The position numbers and the translations under genes were made by a program. From Nitrosopumilus sp. (GTDB lineage: Archaea > Thermoproteota > Nitrososphaeria > Nitrososphaerales > Nitrosopumilaceae), in NCBI GenBank assembly GCA_965218785.1, contig OZ244650.1:160001-224000 (forward strand): a stretch of 64,000 nucleotides of DNA, written 5' to 3'. Below the pieces are notes generated by a model. It was not told the origin of the DNA, did not search any database, and was given only the letters and a program-made list of their open reading frames with translations. Below, piece after piece: positions 48,959 through 59,121 of the stretch. The stretch's first letter is position 1; each line of letters opens with the position of its first letter.

Positions 48959-50113
48959 TTGAAAATTTTAATTTTATGTACAACCCTTGATCTACAAAAA
49001 CCATATTCAGCAACTCCTTTTCTCTTACAATGGTTTAAGGCATTTCATGATGAAGGCCATCAACTTTTCATTATTCCTTATTCTGGGAAATCTATTGAAA
49101 GTGATTGGTGGAAATCCTACCCAAACCCAAATTACAAAAAAGGTGAAATTTTAGAAAAAATTATTAAATTATCTGGTCATAAACCCGGAAAAAAAAATCT
49201 ACCATTTATACCAAATCTAGCACAAATTTTTGCAAAACCTGCCTTTGAAAAGCAGATAAGAAAAATTATGGAACAAGAAAAAGGAATTTCAGCGATACTC
49301 AATATTGGATTACCATTAAATCAACTTAAAGGCATGGCAAAAGATTTGAAGAAAGATTATGATGTTCCAATTCTTTTCTTTGATGCTGATCTTCCCACAT
49401 CACTACCTGAAAATGGAGGATTCACTTTTAATTATTATGATGGGGCTGATCTTTCAGAATATGATTCATTTATTATAACTTCAGAAGGATCAAAAAACCG
49501 TTTACTGGAAATGGGAGCTAATTCTGTGGAATTTGTTCATATAGGAATTGATCCAGAACAATACAAGCCGATTCAAACCAAAAAAGATATTGATATTTTC
49601 TTTTTTGGTCATAATGGGGATTCTAGAAAAAAATATGTTGATATGATGATTACAAAACCATCAAATCAATTACCATTTAATTTTTTAATTGGAGGACGTG
49701 ATTACACAATGGATTTGGGAAAAGCAAAATATTTTTCGCCAAAATTATCTTTCGATGAATGGCGAGAATATTCATGTAGGGCAAAAATCAATCTTAATGT
49801 AGTGCATGAATCGCATGCCGAAACTTTTGCTACATCTACTGCAAGACCTTTTGAACTTGCTGCAATGGGTTGTTGCATCGTTTCATCCCACTATCATGGA
49901 ATAGAAAAATGGTTTGAACCAAAAAAAGAAATATTGATCGCAAATAATTCTAAAGAAGCCATTGAATTGTATCAATTATTGATGGATGATTCAGAATTAC
50001 GAGATAAAATTGGAATCGCAGCACAAAAAAGAGTAAATAAAGAACATACCGCTATACATCGAATTAAACAAATCGTTCAATTAATTCAAAAATATGGGGA
50101 TAATGTTAGATGA
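48959..50113 (+). CDS. CgeB-like glycosyltransferase (Glyco_trans_1_2)
   Basis: AKINLNV...STARPFELAAMGCCIVS, FEPKKEI, RVNKEHTAIHR. Confidence 0.85.
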   Translation: MKILILCTTLDLQKPYSATPFLLQWFKAFHDEGHQLFIIPYSGKSIESDWWKSYPNPNYKKGEILEKIIKLSGHKPGKKNLPFIPNLAQIFAKPAFEKQIRKIMEQEKGISAILNIGLPLNQLKGMAKDLKKDYDVPILFFDADLPTSLPENGGFTFNYYDGADLSEYDSFIITSEGSKNRLLEMGANSVEFVHIGIDPEQYKPIQTKKDIDIFFFGHNGDSRKKYVDMMITKPSNQLPFNFLIGGRDYTMDLGKAKYFSPKLSFDEWREYSCRAKINLNVVHESHAETFATSTARPFELAAMGCCIVSSHYHGIEKWFEPKKEILIANNSKEAIELYQLLMDDSELRDKIGIAAQKRVNKEHTAIHRIKQIVQLIQKYGDNVR

Positions 50114-51408
50114 AAAAACTAACAATTCTAATTCCTAAAATAAAACCTCCCGAAGAGCATGATATTATTACAAATCAATTAAAAAATATTTTTTCTGAGT
50201 TAAAAGAACAATGTGAAATTAAGCTTGTATGGATGATTTTTCAACCTGAGAAATTTAATGAATATGAATATGAAAATTCCACGGTACTTGATTATCATCA
50301 ATTTAATAATGCTCTTGAATCCGTAGAAAAAATTAAACCTGATCTAATTATTACAGAAGTTAGACTGGGAATAAATGGAATACTTTTCGCAAAAGTTGGA
50401 AATGATTTTAAAATACCTGTGGTCACTATTACGCCAACGGGAGAATCTGAATTTTTCTCCCAGAATTATTCTATAAAATCAAACTTTCAATTATTCATGT
50501 CTGATAAGGTACTTGCAGATTCTTCTAAAGATAAAAATACAAAAAAATTTGGAATGTTTAGATATTCCTTACATCGATATTTTTTCTTAATTGATACTCT
50601 AAGAAACGTAAATTATTCATTGTTTAATTTGATTAAATTTTTTATATTCTATCCAAGAATACAAATATTTTCAAAATCATATCCAGCACTTCATAAAATA
50701 ACAAGTGGAAATCTTAACATATGTTTCAATAAACACTGGGAATCCAGGTTACTTGATGCTGGTTTCTCTAAATCATCTATCTTTCTTTGTGGAGATCCTG
50801 CTTTTGATAAACTATATCAAAGAATTCAACTACAAAAAAATCTAAAAGTCACAGATTCCAAAAAAATCAATATTCTTTTTTGTCCCACACCCATGCATGA
50901 GCATGGTTTGATGAAGAAAAAAAAAGAAGATGAATTAATTATAAAATTAATTCAAAAAGTTTTGGAATTAAAAGACACTGGTATTTCTTTGAAAATTCAT
51001 CCCTCAAGTTCATCATTTCTGGAATATGATAATCTACTAAAATCCCACCATCTCAATATTCCTCTATTTCAAAAGGAAGATACGATTGATTTATTACAAA
51101 AATCCGATATCATGATTACCTATGGCAGTTCTAATGTTATTTTAGATGCCATTTTACTGAAAAAACCAATCATTTTATTAAAAAATTCTGTAATTCCTGA
51201 TTTATCACGTTTATCTGATAAAACAGTCATCTCAGAATGCTCAAATATTGACGATTTAGATGATCTGATTTCTAAAATCACCATTCAGTCAATTCCTGCT
51301 GGATCTCTTGAAAATTATATCGAAAAACAAATTGGAAACTTTGATGGAAAAAATTCCCAAAGAATATCCAATATGATATTAAAATTAACTGAAAAAAATT
51401 CTTTATGA
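50110..51408 (+). CDS. GT-B protein, candidate nonulosonic-acid transferase / capsule-synthesis-like
   Basis: CGDPAFD, KIHP and DIMITYGSSNVILDAILLKKP motifs, FDGKNSQRI tail. Confidence 0.6.
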   Translation: MKKLTILIPKIKPPEEHDIITNQLKNIFSELKEQCEIKLVWMIFQPEKFNEYEYENSTVLDYHQFNNALESVEKIKPDLIITEVRLGINGILFAKVGNDFKIPVVTITPTGESEFFSQNYSIKSNFQLFMSDKVLADSSKDKNTKKFGMFRYSLHRYFFLIDTLRNVNYSLFNLIKFFIFYPRIQIFSKSYPALHKITSGNLNICFNKHWESRLLDAGFSKSSIFLCGDPAFDKLYQRIQLQKNLKVTDSKKINILFCPTPMHEHGLMKKKKEDELIIKLIQKVLELKDTGISLKIHPSSSSFLEYDNLLKSHHLNIPLFQKEDTIDLLQKSDIMITYGSSNVILDAILLKKPIILLKNSVIPDLSRLSDKTVISECSNIDDLDDLISKITIQSIPAGSLENYIEKQIGNFDGKNSQRISNMILKLTEKNSL

Positions 51409-52278
51409 TTGTTTCAATATCCAATAATTTTTCTTACTAGTTGATTTTTTTATCTCATCTTTTGTTATCAAAATTTCTTCAAGTTTTTCACCAGGTCTTA
51501 AGCCAATTATTCTTTGTTTTTTAGAAACTTTATCAGCTAACTCTTTAATTTTATAAGACTTCATTTTTGGAATAAATATTACACTTTGTTGAATATTTGT
51601 TATACATTCCAAAATAAAATCTACAGCCTCTTCTATGTGGAAAAAATAGCGTTTCATATTTGGATCAGTAATCGAAATTGGTTTTTTTTCTGAAATCTCT
51701 TTTTCCCAAACCTCGAACACATTTCCTTTTGTTTCGATTACATTTCCAAATCTAACAGATGCAAACTGAGTTGTCTGAATATGGTTTCCTGCCCATGTAG
51801 TTAATCTTTCACCTATTTCTTTTGTTGTGCCATATAAAGTGGAACTTTCTGCTACTTTATCAGTACTGATATTCAAAAATCTTTCTGGCTTTGTTTTAAT
51901 CGCGGTTTTTATCATATTTACAGTTCCATTGATGTTTATATTTATTGTATCAATTGCGTTAAATTCTGTTATTTCAATATTTTTTACTGCAGCAGCATGT
52001 ATGATAATGTCTGCACCATTTAATGCCATTTCAACTCTGTCTTTATCTAAAATGTTTCCAAGCAATAATTTAAGTCTAGAATCATTCAAGGAACGCTTTA
52101 AAGTAAACAAGGCATGCTCGTTAGAATCTAAAACTCTCACAGCTTTTACAGGATATTCGAGTATCCTTGCAGCAAGTGCAGAACCTACACTCCCAGCTCC
52201 ACCTGAAATTAGTATTACTTTGTTTTTGAATACTTTGTTAATTGCATTATTTTGCATATTTTTCTTTTTTTTAACCAT
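51403..52278 (-). CDS. UDP-GlcNAc 4,6-dehydratase-like (Polysacc_synt_2; PseB/PglF/CapD family)
   Basis: GGAGSVG, HAAAVK, STDKV, YGTTK, VRFGNV, GLRPGEKLEE. Confidence 0.88.
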   Translation of the reverse strand: MVKKKKNMQNNAINKVFKNKVILISGGAGSVGSALAARILEYPVKAVRVLDSNEHALFTLKRSLNDSRLKLLLGNILDKDRVEMALNGADIIIHAAAVKNIEITEFNAIDTINININGTVNMIKTAIKTKPERFLNISTDKVAESSTLYGTTKEIGERLTTWAGNHIQTTQFASVRFGNVIETKGNVFEVWEKEISEKKPISITDPNMKRYFFHIEEAVDFILECITNIQQSVIFIPKMKSYKIKELADKVSKKQRIIGLRPGEKLEEILITKDEIKKSTSKKNYWILKQS

Positions 52279-52412
52279 CTTCTAATCAGAAATCTTTCTC
52301 ATCTTTTATCCTTTCCTAGGAAAAGAAAACCTTATAGATAAGGTTAAAAAATTGATTTTCATCTAAAAGGTTTAATCCTAATTCAAATATACTGTTATCA
52401 TACTTGAGGAAT

Positions 52413-53366
52413 ATGTTTCCAAATATCTTAATTGTTGGATGTGGCAATATTGGAAGTAGACATCTCCAGTCCTTGGAGCGATCTTCTATACCTCTTTCCA
52501 TTACTGTGGTTGAACCTGACATTAATTCTCAAAAAATTGCAAAATCTAGATTAGAAACAAATTCAAAAAATTCAATTTCCTGGCTAGCTTCAATATCTAG
52601 CATAAATCAAATTTTTGATCTGGTGATTATTGCAACAAATGCGGAAAAAAGAAGATCCCTCATTGATATTTTACTACAGTCTGGAAATAAAAAATTCTTA
52701 CTTGAAAAAATGGTATGTCAATCCGAGGATGACTATAAGGATTTAATTGAAAATTTTGAAAAACACGATGCTTCCGGATGGGTTAACACTAATAGACGAT
52801 ATTTTCCATTTTATCAAAAACTAAAAAATATCATTGATTTAAACAACAATTTAGAAATCGTCATTACTACCGGAAATGAGGGATTGGGAAGTAACGCAAT
52901 TCATTTTATTGATCTATTTTTATGGTTAAAAAATTCTAATGATATATCATTAATTGGAGATTTAACTGACAAATTATATTCTAATAAAAGAGGAAATCAA
53001 TATTATGAATTTTCAGGAACAATTTCTGGGAAAATTTCTAATTCAATTCTAAAAATATCATTTTTACCTGTTGACGATTTACCATTAATTTTAGATATTC
53101 AAACTGAAGATTTTCATATTTCAATAAATGAAACCGATGAAAAAATTTCAAAGATTAAAAATTTAGAAAAATCTGAATTATCTTTTAAATACATGCATGT
53201 TAGTGATCTAACTATACAAATTGTTTTTGATATATTAAAAAATAATTCAAGTCACTTGCCCAAAGTCCAGGATTTATTTATTGCCCATCGTGAGTTGTTC
53301 AAAATTTTTAATTCACATGTAAAGAAATTAACAAACAAAGAATTTACCCTGTGCCCAATAACTTGA
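52413..53366 (+). CDS. Gfo/Idh/MocA oxidoreductase 1
   Basis: VGCGNIGSRH, IIAT, LLEKMVCQS, WVN..RR, GLGSNAIHFIDL. Confidence 0.8.
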   Translation: MFPNILIVGCGNIGSRHLQSLERSSIPLSITVVEPDINSQKIAKSRLETNSKNSISWLASISSINQIFDLVIIATNAEKRRSLIDILLQSGNKKFLLEKMVCQSEDDYKDLIENFEKHDASGWVNTNRRYFPFYQKLKNIIDLNNNLEIVITTGNEGLGSNAIHFIDLFLWLKNSNDISLIGDLTDKLYSNKRGNQYYEFSGTISGKISNSILKISFLPVDDLPLILDIQTEDFHISINETDEKISKIKNLEKSELSFKYMHVSDLTIQIVFDILKNNSSHLPKVQDLFIAHRELFKIFNSHVKKLTNKEFTLCPIT

Positions 53367-53371
53367 AAATC

Positions 53372-54352
53372 ATGTCTTACCAATACATAAGCAATTTAAA
53401 ACCAAATAAAGTAAGGAAAAAATCCATTCTAATAATTGGTTCAGGATACATGGCCGAACAGTATTCTAAAACTCTTGATAAAATTGGAATTACAGATGTG
53501 ACAATAATTGGCAATTCCAAAAATAAAGTAGAAAAACTTGGCAAAAAATATAATTTTGTTGCCCTTAGCGGAGGATTTGAAACAAATTTACCTAATATCG
53601 AGAAAAAAGATTTAGTTATTGTAGCCACTCCCATTCAACTTTTGACTCCTGCAACAAAACTAGCATTAAAATCTGGACAAAAAAACATTCTTTTAGAAAA
53701 ACCCGGTGACCTGTACTCAAAACCTCTTAAATCATTAGAAAATGATTGTAATGGAAAAAAAGTTTGTTTGGCATATAACCGACTATTCTATCCCAGCTTT
53801 CATAAATTACTAGAATTGATTAAAAATGATGGTATAATTACATCTTGTACTTTTTCTTTTACTGAATGGACACACAGAATCAATCTTGATTCATTTCCTA
53901 AATCTGTTCTTTCTAGGTGGGGAATTAGTAATTCACTTCATGTAATTTCTATGGCGATGAGGTTAATTGGTATGCCTAAAACCATCAAATGTTTACAAAA
54001 ATCTCCTCTGTCTTGGCACAAAGCCGGTTCAATTTTTATTGGATCCGGAATTTCAAATAAGAACATTCCTTTCTCATATCATTCTGATTGGAATTCTGCT
54101 GGACGTTGGGGGATAGAGATTATGACTAGGAAAAATTCTTATCGATTAATGCCTTTAGAGCAATTATTTAGATGCAAGAAAGGTAGTACATCCTGGCAAA
54201 AAATACCATTCAAAAAATCATTTCCTCATTCAAAAGAGGGAATAGCTGAAGAAATATTTTCAATGTTGGATAATAAATCAAAACTAAATTTAGTTACTCT
54301 AAAAGAAGGCCATTTATACATAAAATTAGCCGAAAAAATTTTTAATTACTGA
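53372..54352 (+). CDS. Gfo/Idh/MocA oxidoreductase 2
   Basis: IGSGYMA, LLEKPG, AYNRLFY, FTEW, SAGRWGIE. Confidence 0.8.
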   Translation: MSYQYISNLKPNKVRKKSILIIGSGYMAEQYSKTLDKIGITDVTIIGNSKNKVEKLGKKYNFVALSGGFETNLPNIEKKDLVIVATPIQLLTPATKLALKSGQKNILLEKPGDLYSKPLKSLENDCNGKKVCLAYNRLFYPSFHKLLELIKNDGIITSCTFSFTEWTHRINLDSFPKSVLSRWGISNSLHVISMAMRLIGMPKTIKCLQKSPLSWHKAGSIFIGSGISNKNIPFSYHSDWNSAGRWGIEIMTRKNSYRLMPLEQLFRCKKGSTSWQKIPFKKSFPHSKEGIAEEIFSMLDNKSKLNLVTLKEGHLYIKLAEKIFNY

Positions 54353-54401
54353 TGAAAAATTCATTTTAAAATTAATATTACACTTGATCTAAACTAAATC
54401 A

Positions 54402-55382
54402 TTGAAAATTCTTATTATTGGATTTGGTTCAATTGCCAAACGCCACATCAAAAACCTACTTGAATTATCTGATATTCAGATATTAGTATGTACAAAACAA
54501 ATTCATTTTGGAAATTTTAAAAATCAATGCAAATTTTTTAACAAATTAAGTGATGCAATTAAAGAAAAACCTGATGCAGCAATTATAGCTAATAATACTA
54601 GCGAACATGTTAAAACTGCCATAGAACTATCTAAAAATAACATTGATCTCTTTATAGAAAAACCTCTTTCAAACAATACCATAGGAATAAAAAAACTCAC
54701 AAAACTAATTCATCAAAAAAAATTAATCAGTATGATGGGCTGCAACCTCCGTTTTCATGAAAATATCATTGCAATAAAAGATCTTATTGATAAAAAATCT
54801 ATAGGAAAAATAATTTCTGTTCAAGCAGAAAGTGGTTCATATTTACCGGATTGGCATCCAAATGAAAATTATAAAAAAAATTATGCTGCACGAGAAGATT
54901 TGGGAGGTGGAGTTGTCTTGACATGTATTCATGAAATTGATTATTTGTACTGGTTTTTTGGGGATGTGGAGAATATTTTTTCAATAACCGGTCAATATGG
55001 AAATTTGAATATATCATCTGAAGATCTATCTGCTATAGTAATTCAATTTAAAAATGGTATTGTTGGAGAAGTACATCTTGATTATATACAAAAACCCCCA
55101 ATTAGAAATTGTAAATTAATAGGTACTAGGGGCCAAATATACTGGGATTCTAATTCTAACACCGTTCAATTATTTGATTTTACCAAAAATCGATGGATCC
55201 AAAAATCAAAAATAAAAAAATATGATAGAAATAGTATGTATAGAAAAGAATTATTGCATTTTATTGATTGTATTAAAAAAAGAAAGAAGACTATTAATCC
55301 AATTAAAGAAGGAATAAAGACTATGGAAATAGCATTATCTGTAAAAAAATCATCAAAATTAGGCAGGTCAATTAAAATATGA
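54402..55382 (+). CDS. Gfo/Idh/MocA oxidoreductase 3 (ElaA-like)
   Basis: GFGSIAKRH, FIEKP, NLRFH, YLPDWHP, GGGVVLTCIHEIDY. Confidence 0.85.
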   Translation: MKILIIGFGSIAKRHIKNLLELSDIQILVCTKQIHFGNFKNQCKFFNKLSDAIKEKPDAAIIANNTSEHVKTAIELSKNNIDLFIEKPLSNNTIGIKKLTKLIHQKKLISMMGCNLRFHENIIAIKDLIDKKSIGKIISVQAESGSYLPDWHPNENYKKNYAAREDLGGGVVLTCIHEIDYLYWFFGDVENIFSITGQYGNLNISSEDLSAIVIQFKNGIVGEVHLDYIQKPPIRNCKLIGTRGQIYWDSNSNTVQLFDFTKNRWIQKSKIKKYDRNSMYRKELLHFIDCIKKRKKTINPIKEGIKTMEIALSVKKSSKLGRSIKI

Positions 55383-56197
55383 AAAAAGATATTATTCAGA
55401 AAATCTTTGATTTATCTAATAAAACTGCAATCTTGACTGGCAGTGCCGGAAGATTAGGCACCGAATTTGCTAATATCCTAAGTGAAGCGGGAGCAAATCT
55501 TGTTTTAATTGATATTGATGAAAAAAAAAATAAACTATTAGAAAAATCAATTCAGAAAAAGTTTCATACAAAAACTTTAACTTTTAATATTGATATTTCA
55601 GATCAGGCATCACTAAAATCTGTAAAAAGAGATATTTTAAAAAAATTTGATACCGTTGATGTTTTAATTAATAATGCATTTTTTAATCCATCCATAAATC
55701 AAACATCTAAAACAATTAATTTTGAAACATTTCCTCTTGATTTATGGAATAAAGTAATTGATGTTAATCTTACAGGCGTTTTTCTTTGTTGTCAGGAATT
55801 TGGAGCAATTATGGCCAAACAAAAAAATGGTTCTATAATAAATATTTCTTCAATTTATGGTTTAGTTGGTGCAGATCAAAGAATCTATGGAAAAAGTAAA
55901 TTAAATTCCCAAGTCTCTTATTCTGCTACCAAAGGTTCAATCGTCAGTATTACTCGTTATTTAGCATCATATTGGCATAGAAAAAATGTCAGAGTTAACA
56001 CTTTGACATTGGGTGGAGTGGAGGACAAATCATACATGAAAACAAAATTTGTCAAAAATTATTCTGAAAAAACAATTTTAGGCAGAATGGCTAGAAAAGA
56101 TGATTTTAATGGCTCACTGTTATTTTTAGCATCTGATGCATCATCATATATGACAGGAGCAAATCTTGTAATTGATGGTGGATGGACCGCGTGGTAA
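55379..56197 (+). CDS. SDR oxidoreductase (PtmA/ElaC-like)
   Basis: TGSAGRLG, NNA, SSIYG..GADQRIY, YSATK, VIDGGWTAW. Confidence 0.87.
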   Translation: MKKDIIQKIFDLSNKTAILTGSAGRLGTEFANILSEAGANLVLIDIDEKKNKLLEKSIQKKFHTKTLTFNIDISDQASLKSVKRDILKKFDTVDVLINNAFFNPSINQTSKTINFETFPLDLWNKVIDVNLTGVFLCCQEFGAIMAKQKNGSIINISSIYGLVGADQRIYGKSKLNSQVSYSATKGSIVSITRYLASYWHRKNVRVNTLTLGGVEDKSYMKTKFVKNYSEKTILGRMARKDDFNGSLLFLASDASSYMTGANLVIDGGWTAW

Positions 56198-56899
56198 CTA
56201 GTCTGTTGCTAAAATTTTATTTTTAACAATCATTTCAGCTATCTTAAATTCAATCTCTGTATCAATCATTAAACCCGTTTCAACTGGAATTTCATATGGT
56301 AATGTTTTTGGAAGTATGGGTTCTCGCACACTCAATAATTTATTTACATTAAAAACGAATAATCCGTTTAATTGATAAACGATTGGTGCCTCTTGTCTGC
56401 TTTTTGGTCTTTTTCCTTTTTTCTTACTTAATTCTAAAAAACCATTTCTCCCAATTTCCATCATGTTGAAATAAGGATTCAAATGTTGTCTATAAACTCC
56501 TACCACTTCATCACAATCAGTTTTTTTCAATAAATTAATTGCGCCTTTGACATCTTTATTCCGAATAAATGGAACAGTACAGTCTCTATTGACAAAAATA
56601 TCAAAATTATACCCTAGTGATTGTAATTTGTTTATACCATGAATCATTACATCTGTCATCCCTACAGAACTCGTAGCTAATTTTTTTGGTCGCATGAATG
56701 GTACTTCTGCACCAAATTTTTGGGCAACTTTAGCTATTTCTTTGTCTTCTGTTGATACTATTACATGACTAAAATTTTTTGAATTTAAGGCAGATTCAAT
56801 AGTGTATGCAATCAATGGTTTACCTGCTAATGATCTAATATTTTTTCTAGGCACACCCTTGGAGCCTCCCCGAACCCCGATAAAACAAATAGGTCTCAT
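56198..56899 (-). CDS. neuA: Acylneuraminate (CMP-nonulosonic acid) cytidylyltransferase
   Basis: RGGSKGVPRKN, GKPLIAYTI, EVPFMRP, SRQEAP..YQLNG, IDT. Confidence 0.92.
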   Translation of the reverse strand: MRPICFIGVRGGSKGVPRKNIRSLAGKPLIAYTIESALNSKNFSHVIVSTEDKEIAKVAQKFGAEVPFMRPKKLATSSVGMTDVMIHGINKLQSLGYNFDIFVNRDCTVPFIRNKDVKGAINLLKKTDCDEVVGVYRQHLNPYFNMMEIGRNGFLELSKKKGKRPKSRQEAPIVYQLNGLFVFNVNKLLSVREPILPKTLPYEIPVETGLMIDTEIEFKIAEMIVKNKILATD

Positions 56900-56949
56900 G
56901 ATTTTATAATTAAAAACTAATACATAACAGCTGTGAATTATCTTTAAAA

Positions 56950-57981
56950 ATGAACGATTTCAGTATAGGTATACGTAAAATTGGACCAAGGCATCCTGTC
57001 TTTGTAATAGCAGAAGCTGGAATTAACCATAATGGTTCGTACATTATGGCAAAAAAATTAGTTGATATTGCTAAAAAAGCCGGTGCAGATTGTATAAAAT
57101 TTCAAACCCACATTACTGAACAGGAAATGCTTCACACAAACATAAAACCTGGAAAAATTTCAAAAAAAACCCTTTGGAATATTATTAAAAGCTGTGAGTT
57201 ATCCCAGGATCAGGAAATTAAATTAAATAAATATTGCAAAGAAAAAAATATTTTATTTTTATCTACTCCTTTTTCAATCAGTGCTGTAAATCAATTAGAA
57301 AAATTAAAAATAAAAGCATATAAAATTGGATCAGGTGAATTAACAAATGAACCATTTTTACGAAGAATTGCAAAAATAGGCAAGCCTGTTATTCTTTCAA
57401 CTGGAATGTCTGAAATTCCTGAAATTAAGGATGCTGTAAAATTATTTCAAAAATATAAGACTCCATTAGCATTATTGCAAACAACATCAGAATATCCTGC
57501 TGACTATGCCGATATTAATTTAGGAGTAATAGAAAAATTTGAAAATATGTTCAAAATACCAATAGGGATATCTGATCATTCTTTAGGAATATACACCGCA
57601 TTAGGTGCAGTTGCCAAAGGAGCATGTATAGTTGAAAAACATATTACTCTAAATAGAAAAATGCCCGGACCTGATCAAAAAATCTCTCTTGAACCTAATG
57701 AATTATTTGAACTTGTAAAGGGGTGCAGAGCTATAAAATTAGCATTGGGTGATACTAAAAAAATTCTTAGTAAAGAAAAACCTATTCTTAAATTTGCTAG
57801 AGAATCTGTTGTATCAGTTCAAAAAATCCAAAAGGGTGAAAAATTAACTGAAGAGAATATTTCAACAAAAAGACCCAACACCGGTCAAATTCCTGCTAAA
57901 AAATTCTACAAAATTATTGGGAAAAGAGCTAAACAAATAATTCCAGTAAACAAACAACTTTCATATAGTGATATATCTTGA
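56950..57981 (+). CDS. neuB: Nonulosonic acid (N-acetylneuraminate-type) synthase
   Basis: IAEAGINHNG, KFQT, KIGSGE, ILSTGM, GISDHS, EKHITL, C-terminal SAF domain. Confidence 0.94.
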   Translation: MNDFSIGIRKIGPRHPVFVIAEAGINHNGSYIMAKKLVDIAKKAGADCIKFQTHITEQEMLHTNIKPGKISKKTLWNIIKSCELSQDQEIKLNKYCKEKNILFLSTPFSISAVNQLEKLKIKAYKIGSGELTNEPFLRRIAKIGKPVILSTGMSEIPEIKDAVKLFQKYKTPLALLQTTSEYPADYADINLGVIEKFENMFKIPIGISDHSLGIYTALGAVAKGACIVEKHITLNRKMPGPDQKISLEPNELFELVKGCRAIKLALGDTKKILSKEKPILKFARESVVSVQKIQKGEKLTEENISTKRPNTGQIPAKKFYKIIGKRAKQIIPVNKQLSYSDIS

Positions 57982-59120
57982 AAAGAAAAATCCTAATTGT
58001 TACAGAACGAAGGGCTGATTATTCTAAATTTCGTCCTGTTATACAAGAAATTGAAAAATCAAAGAAATTAGATTATTCCCTAATTGTTACAGGAAGCCAT
58101 TTGTTAAAAGAACACGGTTATACAATAAATGAAATAAAAAATGATGGATTTAAAATCACTTCAAAATTTGAAATGTATCCAAAAAATAGAAAGGATACTG
58201 GGGCAGAAATGGTTGCAGGGTTGGGAAAAGCATTAATTCAATTATCTAAAATCATTGAGAAACTCAATCCTGACATTATTTTATCTGGATTTGATATCGG
58301 TGCAAATTTTGCAGTGGCAGTAACTGGCGCACACATGAACAAAATTGTTGCTCATATGGAAGGTGGTGAAGTTACCGGAACAATTGATGAATCTATCAGA
58401 CATGCCATAACAAAATTTTCTCATATTCATTTTACAACTAATAGACAGGCCACAAACAGAATTATAAAAATGGGTGAAATCCCAAGTCATATCTTCACCG
58501 TAGGCAATCCTTCACTTGATAGTATCAAAAATGTATCAAAAATATCCAAGCGTGCTTTGGAGACTGAATTTGGAATAGATTTGAAAAAACCCTTTATCCT
58601 TGTTATGCAACATACTGTTACCACCGAAGTCTCAAAAGCGGAAAAAAATATCCTTGAAACCCTTGAAGCAGTTACTGAATTAGGAATTCAGGCAATTATT
58701 ATACATGGAAACGCTGATTTTGGTTCCAAAAAAATCTCCAACATTATCAGAAAATCAAATATTAGACAATACAAAGCATTGCCTTTTTCAAAATATGTTA
58801 ATCTTCTAAAACATTCAGCGGCATTAGTTGGAAATTCCAGCAGTGGTAAAATGGAAACACCGTTCCTAAAAATTCCATCCATCAATATAGGCACAAGACA
58901 ATCCGGACGACCAAAAGCCATCAGTGTAATTGATGTTCCCTATAATAAAAATAAGATAAAAAAAGCTATAAAGAAAGCAATTGAAGATAAGAAATTCCTT
59001 CGAAACATAAAAAAACAAAAAAGTGTCTATGGAGATGGAAATTCTTCCAAAAGAATTATTAAAATCCTTGAAACAATTAATTTGGAAAAAATCCCAATTC
59101 AAAAAAAATTAACATATTGA
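57978..59120 (+). CDS. neuC: Hydrolysing UDP-HexNAc 2-epimerase (NeuC/LegG type)
   Basis: TERRADY, VTGSHL, HMEGGEVTGTIDESIRHAITK, GNSSSG, GTRQSGR. Confidence 0.92.
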   Translation: MKRKILIVTERRADYSKFRPVIQEIEKSKKLDYSLIVTGSHLLKEHGYTINEIKNDGFKITSKFEMYPKNRKDTGAEMVAGLGKALIQLSKIIEKLNPDIILSGFDIGANFAVAVTGAHMNKIVAHMEGGEVTGTIDESIRHAITKFSHIHFTTNRQATNRIIKMGEIPSHIFTVGNPSLDSIKNVSKISKRALETEFGIDLKKPFILVMQHTVTTEVSKAEKNILETLEAVTELGIQAIIIHGNADFGSKKISNIIRKSNIRQYKALPFSKYVNLLKHSAALVGNSSSGKMETPFLKIPSINIGTRQSGRPKAISVIDVPYNKNKIKKAIKKAIEDKKFLRNIKKQKSVYGDGNSSKRIIKILETINLEKIPIQKKLTY

Positions 59121-59121
59121 T

